Position numbers and translations under genes: made by a program. The notes beneath the pieces were generated by a model. That model had not been told where the DNA came from, did not search any database, and saw only the letters and a list, made by a program, of their open reading frames with translations. Below, piece by piece: positions 13,081-25,270 of a DNA stretch of 64,000 bases (positions are counted from its first letter, which is position 1; each line of letters starts with the position of its first letter). The DNA is from Podarcis gaigeae (Eukaryota). The stretch lies in the NCBI GenBank assembly GCA_964106915.2, contig OZ066918.1. One strand, given 5' to 3'.

Positions 13081-15229
13081 ACAAGCAAACCAATGCACCA
13101 TTGGGAATAAGCTCCGTGGAATATAGTCCGACTCAGTTGTGAGTAAATAATACTGTAATAATAATAATACTGGACAGGCTGTAAGGCTTTTCTAAATAAT
13201 ATAGAGATCAATGTTTAAAATTTAACATTCTAAAGTTAACAAAAAAGTTTCTATCGCATTGTAGTTTCTCTTGAAATTTCCAGATAATTCTGACATAGTG
13301 AGCATATTCTGCTAGTAATATTTGAATGCAATACATTAATTTTCTTTCATCATCTGAGCTGTCTCTAGAAGCAGACCATAAAACTACCCCACTAGCAAAC
13401 AAGCCTAGAGCAAACATTTACAGTATTTCCCATACTCATTTTAATTTTTGATACACAAAGAGATCAGATCTTTATTTTTTGTTATGCCTGACAGAACTCT
13501 ATGTCTGCTGGTGAAGTTTGTGTGTGTGTGTGATTTTTGGCTTTCTCTGTCCCTGGTGAGCACTGCTGCCACATTTTAACTTGAACTCATGGTCACCTGA
13601 TACTTGACCTCTCACCCTGTGACCTCATTTCCAATAGGGCTTTAAGCTGAGGGATTCAAGACTGTGGCACAAAGACAGTTACTTAAGGAAAGCAGGCCAC
13701 TGTTTCAGTCAATGTCCTCTTATATCCCTGACACTTTTCACTAAAATATTTAACCTTCAACACTAGAGGAGATGACATTACTTTTATTTTTCTTGGTTTT
13801 GAGAGTATGACCTTTTCTGTCATGATTCTTTACTCACTTCTCATCCACCACTGAAGAAGAATCTGTAAAGGTATACCCCAAAACAGAAGGAAGCATTTAG
13901 TGAACGATTAAAATTAGGGAAACTTAGGAAGATATTTTGCAGTGTTAATCATAAAGGGCTTTGGGTAGTCTGCCTTCTAACCCTTTCATCTTCTCCACAC
14001 TTCAACTTGTATGAGATTGTAAGCCTATGGATAGGGTTTGTTTCTCTGTTTACTTTTGCGAAATCTCAACGTGCTATTCAAAAAAATATAGTGATTCCAG
14101 TTCTAAATCATGGATAAAGAGCTGTTCAAAATGGCACAGATCCTGTATTGTCTCGCAGCCATTAAAAACGAAACACTATGAAATGTAAACAAAAGTAAGA
14201 ATTCTCTGCAAGAAAAATAATGCACAGGTGAATGAGGAGAGTATTTGGCCACCGTTATGCACTTAATTGCACTTCACAATACATTTACAGCCTGCCTTAC
14301 CAGTAAAGGAGTATCAAGTATCTGTGCTGCCATAAGGAAGATTCCAATTTGGGAGCAGACAAGTTGCTTCAGGGCTGGTGGAAGAGCAAAAACTGCAAAG
14401 GTAAGATGCTGGTACCAGGGGGAAACTCGACTGTTCAGTTCTGTAGTATCCCTGCAGAGTTGGAGTATGCAGTTTTTTCCATCTCAGCACTGAATGAAGC
14501 CGTTCTGACACACTGCAAGGTAGAAGGAAGAATAAGATTAAAGCACAAAGACAGAAAACTGCTGATAGAGGGTGAGGCACACGAAAGCGACGAAAAGGAA
14601 TGGACAGGTTACCCCATTGACTTCCCCTATGCCGGCTGTATTTGCTGCGTAGACAGAAGTGCTAACACATGTGAATTTAACCTGATGGTGTCATATTTGT
14701 ACAATGAGGAATGTCAAGGCTGAAGCCCACTTGGAAGCAGAACCGCCAAGCAGAGCTTAATTTCTGAAATAAGAAAGTGACTGAGCTCATGCTCTCTGAC
14801 CTGGAAGTCCTTAACCCAAATTGCAGTTGCAGGGTGGGAGTGATACCAACGGCCGGTGGAGAGGAAAAGACAGGCACTTTGCGTATGCTGTCTTGCTCTC
14901 TCTTCACGTTTCACGACTGAGGTGGGGGGAAAGTTCTGGGTTCAGATTTAGCTCAGCTCCTCACCCAATAAGCCCTGTTCCTTCATCTCAATTTGTTTTC
15001 ACAAGTTACTCATCTTAGGCTAGTCTAGTTTATGAATGATCTCAATAAAAGGTAGAAAACAAAGTAAAGTCTGTGGACAATATAGCTTTTTAATTTGATT
15101 TTCCCCCTCCTCTCCCCCTGCACACAGACACATATTTTAACCATCATTTTTGTAGATAGCCTCAGGTGTGTAACCAGTTGCCATGCTGATTCAAGAATAA
15201 GAGGAAAGCAGTCTGTGTACACACTACAG

Positions 15230-15445
15230 CAGAGCTTTTCAAACTTTGTCATGACACGTTAATGTGTTGGCTGTAGTGTGTAAGTGTGTAGCACGAACAC
15301 CCCCCTTGCTCCTCCTGGGGCAGGAAAGGGGTTAGTTTAACTTGTTAGCTAAACTAACTGTTTGCTAGCAAAACTGAGTTATTGTGTCACGAAATGATGC
15401 CTGTCTAAATATGTGCCACCAATATGAAAAGTTTGGAAAGCTCTG
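15230..15445. mobile_element. hAT MITE
   Basis: TIRs CAGAGCTTTTCAAACTTT / AAAGTTTGGAAAGCTCTG (17/18); 8-bp flanks cactacag / tgctacac. Confidence 0.8.
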
Positions 15446-17097
15446 TGCTACACCTTTAAAGTATATTCTTTCCTTCAAAGAAGTGTGGATGCTGTAGTTG
15501 GTTAAGTGTTGCTGAGAACTGCTGGGGTTGCCTGTGAGAGGTAAACTGCAGAACCCATAATTATTTGAGGGAAAGAATGTGCTTTTAATGTTCAGTAAAG
15601 GTATGGTATGTACAAAGCCTACCAGTACAGACAAAAAAAAAGAAAAGAAAGAAAGTTAAGGGTGTGCACCACAATCAATAGATTGGGGAGAGGAGAACCA
15701 CATTCAATAACTCGCAGTGTACACTTGACATAGGTATCAAGAGATGCTGTCAACAGCAACATGCTTTGAAGTGTTCAAAGCACTTCCGTATGATAATTTG
15801 GCCGGGGTGGGGGGAGCTGAAACTGAGAAACAGTTGTTTACTTGGGCAATCTAGTGACTTAATGGTGACTGGTTCTCAGTCCCTTAGGCTGCTATGCTAC
15901 ATTAGGTCTCCATAGAATACAATTCAACTGCTCCCATCTCTGTCTCTATCTAGAGACTTTTTGCATCTCTAGCTCTGATTGGTCTTTCAGAAAACAAGAT
16001 GGCAATACAAGTGACTCTTCTGGAGCAGTTGTGTTTCTTTGGATCAGGGTCATACAAAGAAAACCGTACACTGGGGCTCAATAACCTTATCACAATGCCT
16101 TTCAACTCTAGCAACGGTTGCATGTATGAGCAAATGTTTTGCAATGGCTTTGGTCATGCAGCCTCTTCTACATCTTTCTTAAGGCTGTCTTTAAAAAGAG
16201 TATTAAAAAAACTGTCTGATTTTTAACAAGAAAGGGAGGAAGGCTGAAAGTAAGGAACATGAAGGGAAGAAATAAGAATCTGTGTGTACTCCTAAATGTA
16301 CAGAGTTCCCAAAGCTTGTTTCATAGGGGCAAGAAGAAGAGAAGCCAATAAAGTTCAAACAAAACCTTCATGATTTAAAGTGTTTGAGGATTTTAGTTGT
16401 GCCAGACAAACAACTAAATTCCTATGGAAATAAATAAATTTTGCCAGCTTCTTCCCAGTGTCTTATCCATTAGTGGAATCCTATATTCCACACAATGTTT
16501 CTACAACCTCTGATCATAGAATGAAATGTTCTTAGTTGCTTTTAAAAATAATGATGATTGTGATCATTTGTGTTGCTGAAACATTCAGTGGAAGCACTTC
16601 ATGGGCTCTGAGATGTTGATTCCATGAGAGCCGGAACTAAATATATGTGCTACAGAGAAAAAGACCCCATACCTCTCTACATTATTTAAGCTGCCAAGTC
16701 CACTAATTAATATGCAGAAGCTATGGGGGCGTATGGCTAGGTTTATCCCAAAAGGATGCTGGTGAACTCATCTCCCTACCATTTCAGAAGTAACTCATTA
16801 GGGAAGTGGCTTTCGGGCAAGAAGGAACTAGATGAACAACAATGTGGCTTCTGTTTTGCTCTTCAGTTCTGAAGTAGGACCAACTCAGATTTATTTTATA
16901 TGATTATCTCCCTTAGTTGGGGAGGATAAATGGATAGAGTAGCAGTCAGAGACATTCAAGTGCTCCCTATCCCTTTTCTCCACTATTTATTTGGCACATT
17001 CACCTGGAAGCATCAACAAACCCTTGCAAAGCATCAGCCATAGGACTCTTGGCTGAGTCAGGAAGATCTTGGAGGTCATTTTGCTATCCCATCCAAA

Positions 17098-17335
17098 AGG
17101 ACAGAGGAGTAGCTCAGAGGAAAGAATGACCATAACTCACGCTTTTACCTGCAGAAGTCCTCAGGTTCAGTTTTCAGCACCTCCCGGTAGGGCTAGAAAA
17201 AATCCTTGCCTGAACCCAGTAGAGTCACTGGCCAGTCAGTGTACACAGGAAACTGCAGTGTGCACAGAAAACTGCCACAGTCGGGCAATTGATCCATCTA
17301 GCTCACTGTTGTCAATTATGACTGGCAGAGGCTAA
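17098..17335 (+). mobile_element. Degenerate tRNA-derived squamate SINE(s)
   Basis: gtagctcag...caggttcagttttcagcacctcc...tagggct...gccagtcagtgtacac, followed by an oppositely oriented related fragment (gatccatctagctcactgttgtc). Confidence 0.6.
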
Positions 17336-17374
17336 AACTGGCTCTTTCCCCTTCGTAAGGGAACTACCTACGCA

Positions 17375-17878
17375 TATATATATATATATATATATATATG
17401 CTTTCGTAGATTTTCACGGGTACAGGAATGCAGGTTTTGGTGTCCTCGGGTGTCTTCCCGTGTAAAAGTTGGGGTGTCTAGGCGACGTTTCGACGAGGTC
17501 TCACTCGTCATCTTCAGGCTGGTGCTTTCGGCTTCTTGTTACTGGAACAGAGCGGGATCTCAATGTTTGAGTTCCTATAAATACTGTAGAGGGGGTGTGG
17601 TGTCTAGCCTCCAATGTTCTGGGCAGAGAGGAAGTTCCCAGGCTAGTGTGCCTTTTCTTCTTTTGTTCCTTAATTACTTGAGAGATACCTTGAGTGATTT
17701 CTTGAGTGATATCCTGAGTACCACTTAGGTGGGTCATTAGGTGTGGATTAGTTGCTAAAGTCTTTGTGTCTTGACCTCTTGAACTTTGTGAAGAGTTTTC
17801 CTGAGAAGATGGCTGTATTGCACTTAGTTGTGCTTTGGCTTGGCTTCGTGTATAGGGGCGAGCTGTGGTTTTGTGGCT
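17375..17878 (-). mobile_element. Penelope-like element (PLE) terminal fragment next to (TA)n
   Basis: Minus strand carries the PLE-type motif CTGAAGATGACGAG...CTCGTCGAAACGTC. CpGs are intact and it abuts a (TA)n microsatellite. Right boundary is approximate. Confidence 0.7.
17478..17524 (-). ncRNA. Minimal type-I hammerhead ribozyme core
   Basis: Minus strand: CUGAAGA-U, stem II GACGAG/loop UGAGAC/CUCGUC, GAAAC, then GUC cleavage triplet. Stem III has no loop (palindromic ACGU). Stem I pairing is weak. Confidence 0.65.
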
Positions 17879-17960
17879 TCTGGATGGCCAGTGTGAGAAC
17901 AGGACACAGGGACTTGATGACCCATTGGTCTGATCCAGCAAGCTTGTCTTACGTTCTTTT
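17879..17960 (+). mobile_element. CR1-type 3' tail fragment
   Basis: tctggatggccagtgtgagaacagg...tggtctgatccagcaagcttgtcttacgttctt is homologous to the CR1 tail at 62025-62104. Confidence 0.7.
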
Positions 17961-18044
17961 GTCCCTCATGGGCATTTTGCAGGAAATGTAAATTTAGACT
18001 TAATCTAATTACCAGAGGAAGATGTTTGATGGAGGATGCCCAGT

Positions 18045-18213
18045 CAGTGGCGTAGCGTGGGGGGTGCAGGGGGGGCCGGCCGCACCGGGTGCAACATCTG
18101 AGGGTTAGGGTTAGGGGGTGCAAATCCACGGGTTAGGGGGTGCAAATCCATGGGTTAGGGGGCGCAAATTACTTGCCTTGCCCCGGGTGCTGACAACCCA
18201 CGCTACGCCACTG
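18045..18213. mobile_element. Young hAT-type MITE with internal TTAGGG-containing repeats
   Basis: Perfect TIRs CAGTGGCGTAGCGTGG / CCACGCTACGCCACTG; perfect 8-bp TSD TGCCCAGT at 18037-18044 and 18214-18221. Confidence 0.92.
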
Positions 18214-18945
18214 TGCCCAGTGTAAACTTTCCTGGAATTAATTAATCTCTGACTAAGGGCATGGAGATGGATCCTTGAATTAGATATGGCCAAGGTTTCA
18301 TGGCTTAAGAAGGCATACACTCATATTATTGCTGCAGTAGTGAGACTTCCAACCACAGCCACTATTGGAGTGGAAGGGGGTATTTAGCAGGAACCACTGG
18401 GGCTTCCTCTGGTATTGAACCTGATACTACCACAGCTTAGTCTGATTCTTTGCAACACTAAAACTGAACATCCTGATACTGCTGCACTGGACAGCAAAAA
18501 ATGGTTGATCTCGCATGATTTTGTAGCCAAAACTCTCTAGTGGAATCCATCATTTACTATTGTATATTGTAGTGTTCATATGAGCCAGTAGGAATCAGAA
18601 GACCATTTCAACAGATATTGTGCAAAAATTCTACAAAACCAAGTTCCTACACCTGCTTTTCTCACCATGACAAGAGTTTCCAAATGCCAAACTGGAGGCA
18701 CATTTCTGGCACAAAAATGGTGACTATTGCACTGTTGTGGTTCTTATAACAACTTTGTCACTGTGAAGAGAGGATCATCCATGGAATCAACTGGGCAACA
18801 TTTATTTCTCCTGTCTGCCTCTATTAAAATTAAAAAAGTAAATATTCCACCTTTATGCCAATGACCTACAACTCTTTACACGAACTATCTTCTTCTTCTC
18901 TTGCCCCAGTCTCTACTCTGCTTCTCATCAGATAAGTGCCCATTA

Positions 18946-19160
18946 CAGTGGTACCTCGGGTTACAGACACTTCAGGTTACAGACTCCGCTTACCCAGAAA
19001 TAGTACCTCAGGTTAAGAACTTTGCTTCAGAATGAGAACAGAAATCGTGCGGTGGCAGCGGGAGGCCTCATTAGCTAAAGTGGTATCTCAGGTTAAGAAC
19101 AGTTTCAGGTTAAGAATGGACCTCCGGAACGAATTAAGTTCTTAACCCGAGGTACCACTG
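18946..19160. mobile_element. Tc1/mariner MITE, copy 2 (inverted relative to copy 1)
   Basis: TIRs CAGTGGTACCTCGGGTTA / TAACCCGAGGTACCACTG with TA TSD; the interior is the approximate reverse complement of 11176-11417. Confidence 0.9.
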
Positions 19161-19747
19161 TATCTAAAATATAATTCCACTAAAACTGAGCTTCTGGTTT
19201 TTTTATTGCTGCAACATCACCTTTTCTTGTTCTTGATCATGCTAGTGTTTGTAGACTTATCAAGGCCGGAATTGTGTCTTCTTCTAATTATTCCTTTCCT
19301 CTTCCTCCACTCTTCCAGGTCTTGTTATTTTCAGTTGTTTAATATAGACCTTAATTCGTTATTTTCTTTCTGCAGGCTTTGCCAGCATTTTAGCCCATTC
19401 TCTCATTTATTCTCATTGACTATTACAACCTTGTACTTCATCTTTCAACATCTGTTATTAAATAACTTCCCTCTCTCTCCTGCGTGCTGCCGTTCATTTG
19501 ATATATTCTACTTGCGGCTCAGTTTGCATTACTCAGTTTCACTGTTCTCATCACCAGTGTCCTCTCACTCTCTCCTTGATTTCAAATCAAGACGCCTGTG
19601 AACATTTTCAGATGTCTTACTGGTTTTGCTCTTCTGTAACTATTTTGTTTTCTTTCTCTGTTCCTCCTCAGGATCTTAGACCTACCTACAGATATTAGCC
19701 TTAAACCTAAGACTGCCCTCTTTATTCCCCACGAATGTCCTTTGTCT

Positions 19748-19751
<4 letters not shown>

Positions 19752-19780
<29 letters not shown>
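19752..19780. repeat. (CA)n microsatellite
   Basis: Direct reading. Confidence 0.95.
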
Positions 19781-19784
<4 letters not shown>

Positions 19785-21407
19785 TGTATTATTTATTCTC
19801 CATTTAATTATATACATTCACATCATCATTACCCACTTTACCGTCTCTTTAGAGCCTATCAACGTCCTTCCCTCCTGCCTCATGGCTATCAAAATTCACC
19901 TTTATATCATTGCATATAATGTCCTTTGTTCCCATCTCTCTGCAATTCCTGCCTTACATAGTGCTCTCTTCTTCTGATTCTGTGTTCGAACCCCTCCTTT
20001 AAAAAAACCATCATTTCACCCCTTTACTTCCCTCCACAATGTGTCTTGTCTCTACATTAGATTGTAAATCTGTGCACAGGTTTTAATTAACCTGGCAAAT
20101 TTTAGGTGTATCATAAGTTATTGTTTCTGTCACAGCTGCTGTTGTTGTTTTGTTGCTTATTATTATTTGCAGAACAAGCTAAACTGGAACAGGGTGAAAT
20201 CAGACTGCAATGGTCCTTTTCCTGTTATACCAAATTTTCACCTGTCTTAATGGCTGGTGAAAGAGAATGCCTACCATTTCAATGCACCTGTTCCTCTCCT
20301 CCCATCTCTCTGGGTCTAATAGGTTCCCCTCCTTAAAAGCAAAGTCAATGAGTGTCATAGAAAGACATATACCCCTTTATTGTCACATGGTAGGTCTAAT
20401 TAGAATCACTGTGGGGAGAGGTGGCTAAACCTGTTCCAGATTAACCTGGATGTTTGGAAGAAGCAAGATTTGGCCACCTCTCTACAGTCTTGCTGACTCT
20501 ATCTGCAGCTTGGAGTCCACTATTGTAAGCACAACCCCACCATTTGATCTAAAAGGTCCTACTCTAGGTCTCATTTCTTTGTCACATCAGAGTGTAACAA
20601 AGAGACAGAACCCAGGAGCATGTGGGTGTTCATCACCCCCATATTTTCAGCTAATACATATCAGTCCTGTAGCACTAGGTTTCAAACAGCCTCAACTTCA
20701 ATGTTTCCATAACTACATACCACATATTATATAAATTTCACATATACCAGAGCAGAAATTAAGGTGGTCATGAAGAGAAAACCGTTCCAAAACAATAGTC
20801 TTATTAAAAAGGATTTTAAAACAATATGAGTCAATAAGGCTTCTTCCTGTGTACTGCAAGATTGATGGTACCTCCTTTTTCCCAGTAACTAATGCTAATT
20901 TATGATTTTATCAGTTTTCTTAATTTTGTTAGCAATCCCCTGCCCACTTACTTAGATGTTCTACTGAACACATTGTAACTTCTGAAAATCACTGGCTTGG
21001 GTTGAACCGCATGTCAGAAAGGCTGGCGTATCCTCTTGGATAAAGGAAAGGTGGAGATGGTTCTTTTCGTCTCAGCCTGAGGTGGATAATTCTGAAAAAC
21101 AAACATGAAACTTGGATTATGTAAGTTATATTAGGAACTATGCCTATTTCTCCTAAAAGGCCCACCCTCAGGCACCCATACTTCAGCATGAAGACCTAGC
21201 ACCCTGGGCTCTCTCTCAGTCCCTGAACCAGAAAAGGGAGAATTCACACGTACACAAAGACAGACTCTCTTGCCCGAACACACTCTCCAAGTTAAATTAA
21301 TTGCACTGTCTCTCAGATCAGCTGACTCTTCAGCCATGTAATTATTAATACTGGGGTGGGTAGGGGTTTTTTTTATTGCTTTCTGATGAACTACTACCTT
21401 TGAAACA

Positions 21408-21495
21408 GTGTGATTCTATACATGTCTACTCAGAAGTAAGTCCCACTATACTCAGTGAGATTTATTCCCAAGTAAATGAGTTCAGGACTGCAGCC
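21408..21495. repeat. ~90-bp palindromic dispersed repeat
   Basis: gattctatacatgtctactcagaagtaagtcccact...agtgagatttattcccaagtaaa; same family as 51751 and 59867. Confidence 0.65.
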
Positions 21496-22592
21496 TTTAA
21501 TGGTCACTTTCAGTTTCTGTCTCTTCCCCCTCTTTTCTGTCCCCTTGCTGAGAAAAGTTAAGACTAATGTAGCAATTCATTACTTTAGGGGGGAAATTAT
21601 AATTAAGTTTCCTTACAAAATTAAAATTCTTGAACTACAAAAATAGATTTTTTAAAAATAATAATCTGACATTAAACATTGGCAAAATGTCAGGGTCTTA
21701 TTCTTGGGGTAAGGGTTCTGCACTTGTTTGGGTGCGTGTTTTCTTATTAAAAAAAGATTCCTCTCCAATACGTGTAAAAAAAAAATCTCAGCAGCCAGAG
21801 TGTTTTGGAGGAGGGCTTCCCCAGGGTCACCTTTTTGTTTTAAAATGTACTGAGTTCTTTTTCAGGAGAGAAACAGGCAACTTTGTATTCTCTGTCTAAG
21901 CTCTTCACCTTCTCCTACAATAAAAATCGATTTGTACCCATCATCCACGATCTAGAAAATAAAAAACCCAATATAATTCGTATATCTGTTACTTTATGAA
22001 GTAATAGAACCTTTGTGTTCCCCTTTGTAACAAAATGTGCTTTAGTGTCAATTTCCATAATTTGTTAATGACTAGCTGGGTGTGTTTTTTAAGTAATCAT
22101 TTTGTTTTTAGATTCTGGCTGTACTGCTCCTTCCTGAAACTGGTGCAAAAGATAAATATGATACATCCCAATCCAGACCACTTAAACCGAAGTATTTCAG
22201 TATAATTTGTCCCAAAATGTGAAAAAAATTGTGTGCGTGTATGTGTTTAAATCCCACCTGGGATTGTGACTTCTTAGCGCCTTCTGAAGACCCAGAGCGG
22301 CTTATATCACGCTACTTGCTTACAATTCGTGTGTGGATCTGTCTTAAATATCCTTTACATCTCGGTCTTTTACGCGTTAGCTGAGAAGTTTAAAACAACC
22401 ACCACCCCGCTTTGACTGATTGAGGTTCTCCCCTAAGCGCCTTCCCGTCTTTTAAGATTCCTGCCTTTAGAATAAGCGTGAAAATTGTCAGCAGCGGCGC
22501 ATTCAGTTCCAGCGCACTGTGGTGGCACACAATACAGTAGCCATTTAAGCGCGGGGGGGAAGGCATAGATCTACAGAGCTTCTTAGAGCCTG

Positions 22593-22648
22593 CTTTACCT
22601 GGAAGTAACTCCCGTTGACTTCAGCGGGGCTTACTTCCAAGTAAGCAC
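22593..22648. repeat. Core of the ~90-bp palindromic repeat family
   Basis: ttacctggaagtaactcccgttgacttcagcggggcttacttccaagtaa forms a near-perfect hairpin. Confidence 0.65.
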
Positions 22649-23343
22649 GCGCTATCGACCAGGGAGCCACGGTCGCTCTCCAACCCAGCCTTGGCATAGT
22701 AACCTCGGGTTCCTCTGTTTTTGCGGAGCGCAGTGCTATTCACCTTTCACTTATCGTCCGATTTGGCTAGATTAGGGGGAGGAACGTTTTGTTACCGGCG
22801 TGAACTGTCTCCCCTTCTTGCCCCCCCCACCTCCTTAGAGGATGACCTATGTGGATGGGCACTGTTTGTGTGTTTGTTTTTTAACAAACGCCTAGGTTGC
22901 CAGATCTGGCCAGATCCCACCAGTTGCTGGCGCGGGGCAGTAAAGACCAGCGCCGCCAGCAGCCTCTCTAGCGTAAAGCGCCTTACAGATGGCAACGGAG
23001 GGGGACACCCGAAGGCAGCCCGCTTTGGGGGCTCATCGCAAGGTCTTTCCCCCTCTGCGCCCGAGCGTCTTCAGGTGCAGGCGTGAAGGGAAACGTGCCG
23101 CGATCCCAACTCTTGTATTCTTATGTTGCTGTGGTTTGGGGACACGCATACTATTTCTCCCGGGAAGGTGGCACGTTGGCACGCGTGTGCGCTCGCGCTC
23201 TCTCCCTCTCGCCAAACACTGGACCCGTCTCCCACTTGTGTAGAAATCCGAGGTTAAGTTTCCACTCATAGTGATCGGGGTGAGTGGCCAAGCCGTGGGA
23301 AAGCGGGAGGAAGATGTGTCTGGTTTTTTATGGTTAAATTAAT

Positions 23344-23387
23344 TACTACTACTACTACTACTACTATTATTATTATTATTATTATTA
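23344..23387. repeat. (TAC)n(TAT)n compound microsatellite
   Basis: Direct reading. Confidence 0.95.
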
Positions 23388-23549
23388 ACCTGGGCGCAAA
23401 ACAAACAAGCACCCAAACGGGAGGGAGATGTGAGCTGTATTAGTGAACATCTGAAGAGGGGGGAGGAGGGAGGCATGGGAGAGAGACGTCTTCTGGACTG
23501 ATGAGTTGGGTGTCAAGAGAAAAGCGCGGGATGGAGGCTTTGCGGTGAC

Positions 23550-25270
23550 TTAAGCGAAAAGAAGACTGCTTTTCTCTCCCTTCCTCCCACCCTCAATTAA
23601 AAGGGGCCTAGAATAAGGCCAGGTCGTGGCCGCCCTTTCCCACCGAGGCTTCCCAAAGCACCTTCGACGCCACAGTCCCAAGTCCCCTTCTGCAAATTCA
23701 TGCATCCAGGGAAAGAGGGGAACCCCGCGCCCACCAGTCCCCAAAGCTAGTTATGCTGCATGCAGCCACTGATCTGGCCGAGAAGCTGGACCCTGTCTGG
23801 AGAAGCAGAGCAAGAGGGAAAAACACGACCCTTTGGCCACCCCGGTTGTCTGGGCGCGCACGACCCTTTGGTGAAAAGGTGTTAAACCCAGCTTGGCTCG
23901 GCGGCGCCCTTGGCAGAGAGCCTCCGGTGCTCCTCGGCCGCCGCCTCTTCTTCCCCCTCTGGCCAGCCGCCAAGGGCTTGGAGATGCCACCTCTGCGAAG
24001 TGCAACTCCCCGCCTTTGCCCGAGGTGGCCTCTCGAGGGGAGCGACCCACATCCGAGGACGCAGCCGCGCTCTGCCTGCCTCTTCCTATCCCTTTCGCCC
24101 GCTGCCTGACTGCTGGTTTGCGCCTTCCAACAGGACAAGCTCTCTCTCCCACCAAACTTTCTTCAAGACTGTTGCTCGCTTTGCCCCCCCCCCCCAACTC
24201 CGGACTCCCCTCCATCCAGCCTCCAGCCTCCCTCCTCCTCCTCCTCCTCCCCCAAGTCCCATTCGCTTGTCGCTCCCCCTCCCTCCCGTTTCAACCAGGG
24301 GGGGCGCTTGCGCACTGCTGCGCTCTCTCACATCCCTTTGCCCCGTAGAGCTTTCCTGAGATTGTCGTCGGGTAAGTAATGTATTAAATAGCCCAGATCA
24401 CACACACTCCTCAAGTCTAGCTTTCCGTCCACAATAAACACTCCTAGCCTCCTTTGTGAACCCAAACAAACCTGTCTATTGCCTAATTAGCCGTGAAAGG
24501 TAAGCGATTGGGTTTTGTGAGTCCCATTACTACCAGCATTGCGCTCGCTTGCTTGCTTGCTTCCCCCCCCCCCTCACTTCTCTTTCTCTTCCTCCCTTTC
24601 CTTTCTCTCCGAGGGGGTCCTCCAGTCTCAGGTGTGTGTGTGGTCCTGATTCTGGAAAGAGACAAAGTTGCCCGAGGGATGGAGGGGATGGGGGTTCAGC
24701 TGGGTTGGTAACTCGGCAGAAGGGAGGAGGGAGAAAGGAAAGAAAGAAAGCCACTCTCGCTTCCTTGCTGCTCTTGCGCTGACTCCAATTAGGCGAGGGG
24801 GCAGATTGATCAGGCAGGGCAGCGCGCCTGATGTTGCTGTCAATTTCACTTGATCCGCAATTGGCTCCATGCATCAAAGGGGTCTGAGGACAAGAGGCGT
24901 CCTAAGCCACTGCTTGACAGAAGCTCCTCTTGCCACTCAGCCAGCGGTTTTGTCCTTTTACGCACCGTGTGGGGTGTTCCTCCGTGTAACTTCGGGTAGA
25001 TTACTTGCGGGCTTGTGTATATCTCTGTGTGCCTCCGCGCGCGCCCGCGCCCCTGTTTGTTGGAAGGTTGTCAGAAAGTTCTATTTTGTGTTGTCGTTTC
25101 GGTACCCCTGTTGGGATCCGGAAAGGAATGTTGGCGCTGCTCGTGTTGTTTCGGGGGAGTTAGGAAGGTGATTTGGCTTGAAAGGTGTAACTTTGTTTTC
25201 CATCCAAATTACTGTATAGCGCCAGAGTGAAGCACTTTTAAGGGTCTGGCAACGCCAAAGGTGCTTGAAC
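23550..25270. promoter_or_regulatory. Upstream CpG island; candidate distal promoter
   Basis: High GC and CpG content, CCAAT (24785) and ATTGG (24860), TCF-like CATCAAAGG (~24872), + strand splice-donor consensus sites at 24372 and 24500. Confidence 0.55.

Noticed and set aside
23698-24359. Overlapping ~150-aa ORFs in the upstream CpG island
   Set aside because: Open in most frames because of GC content; no protein features.
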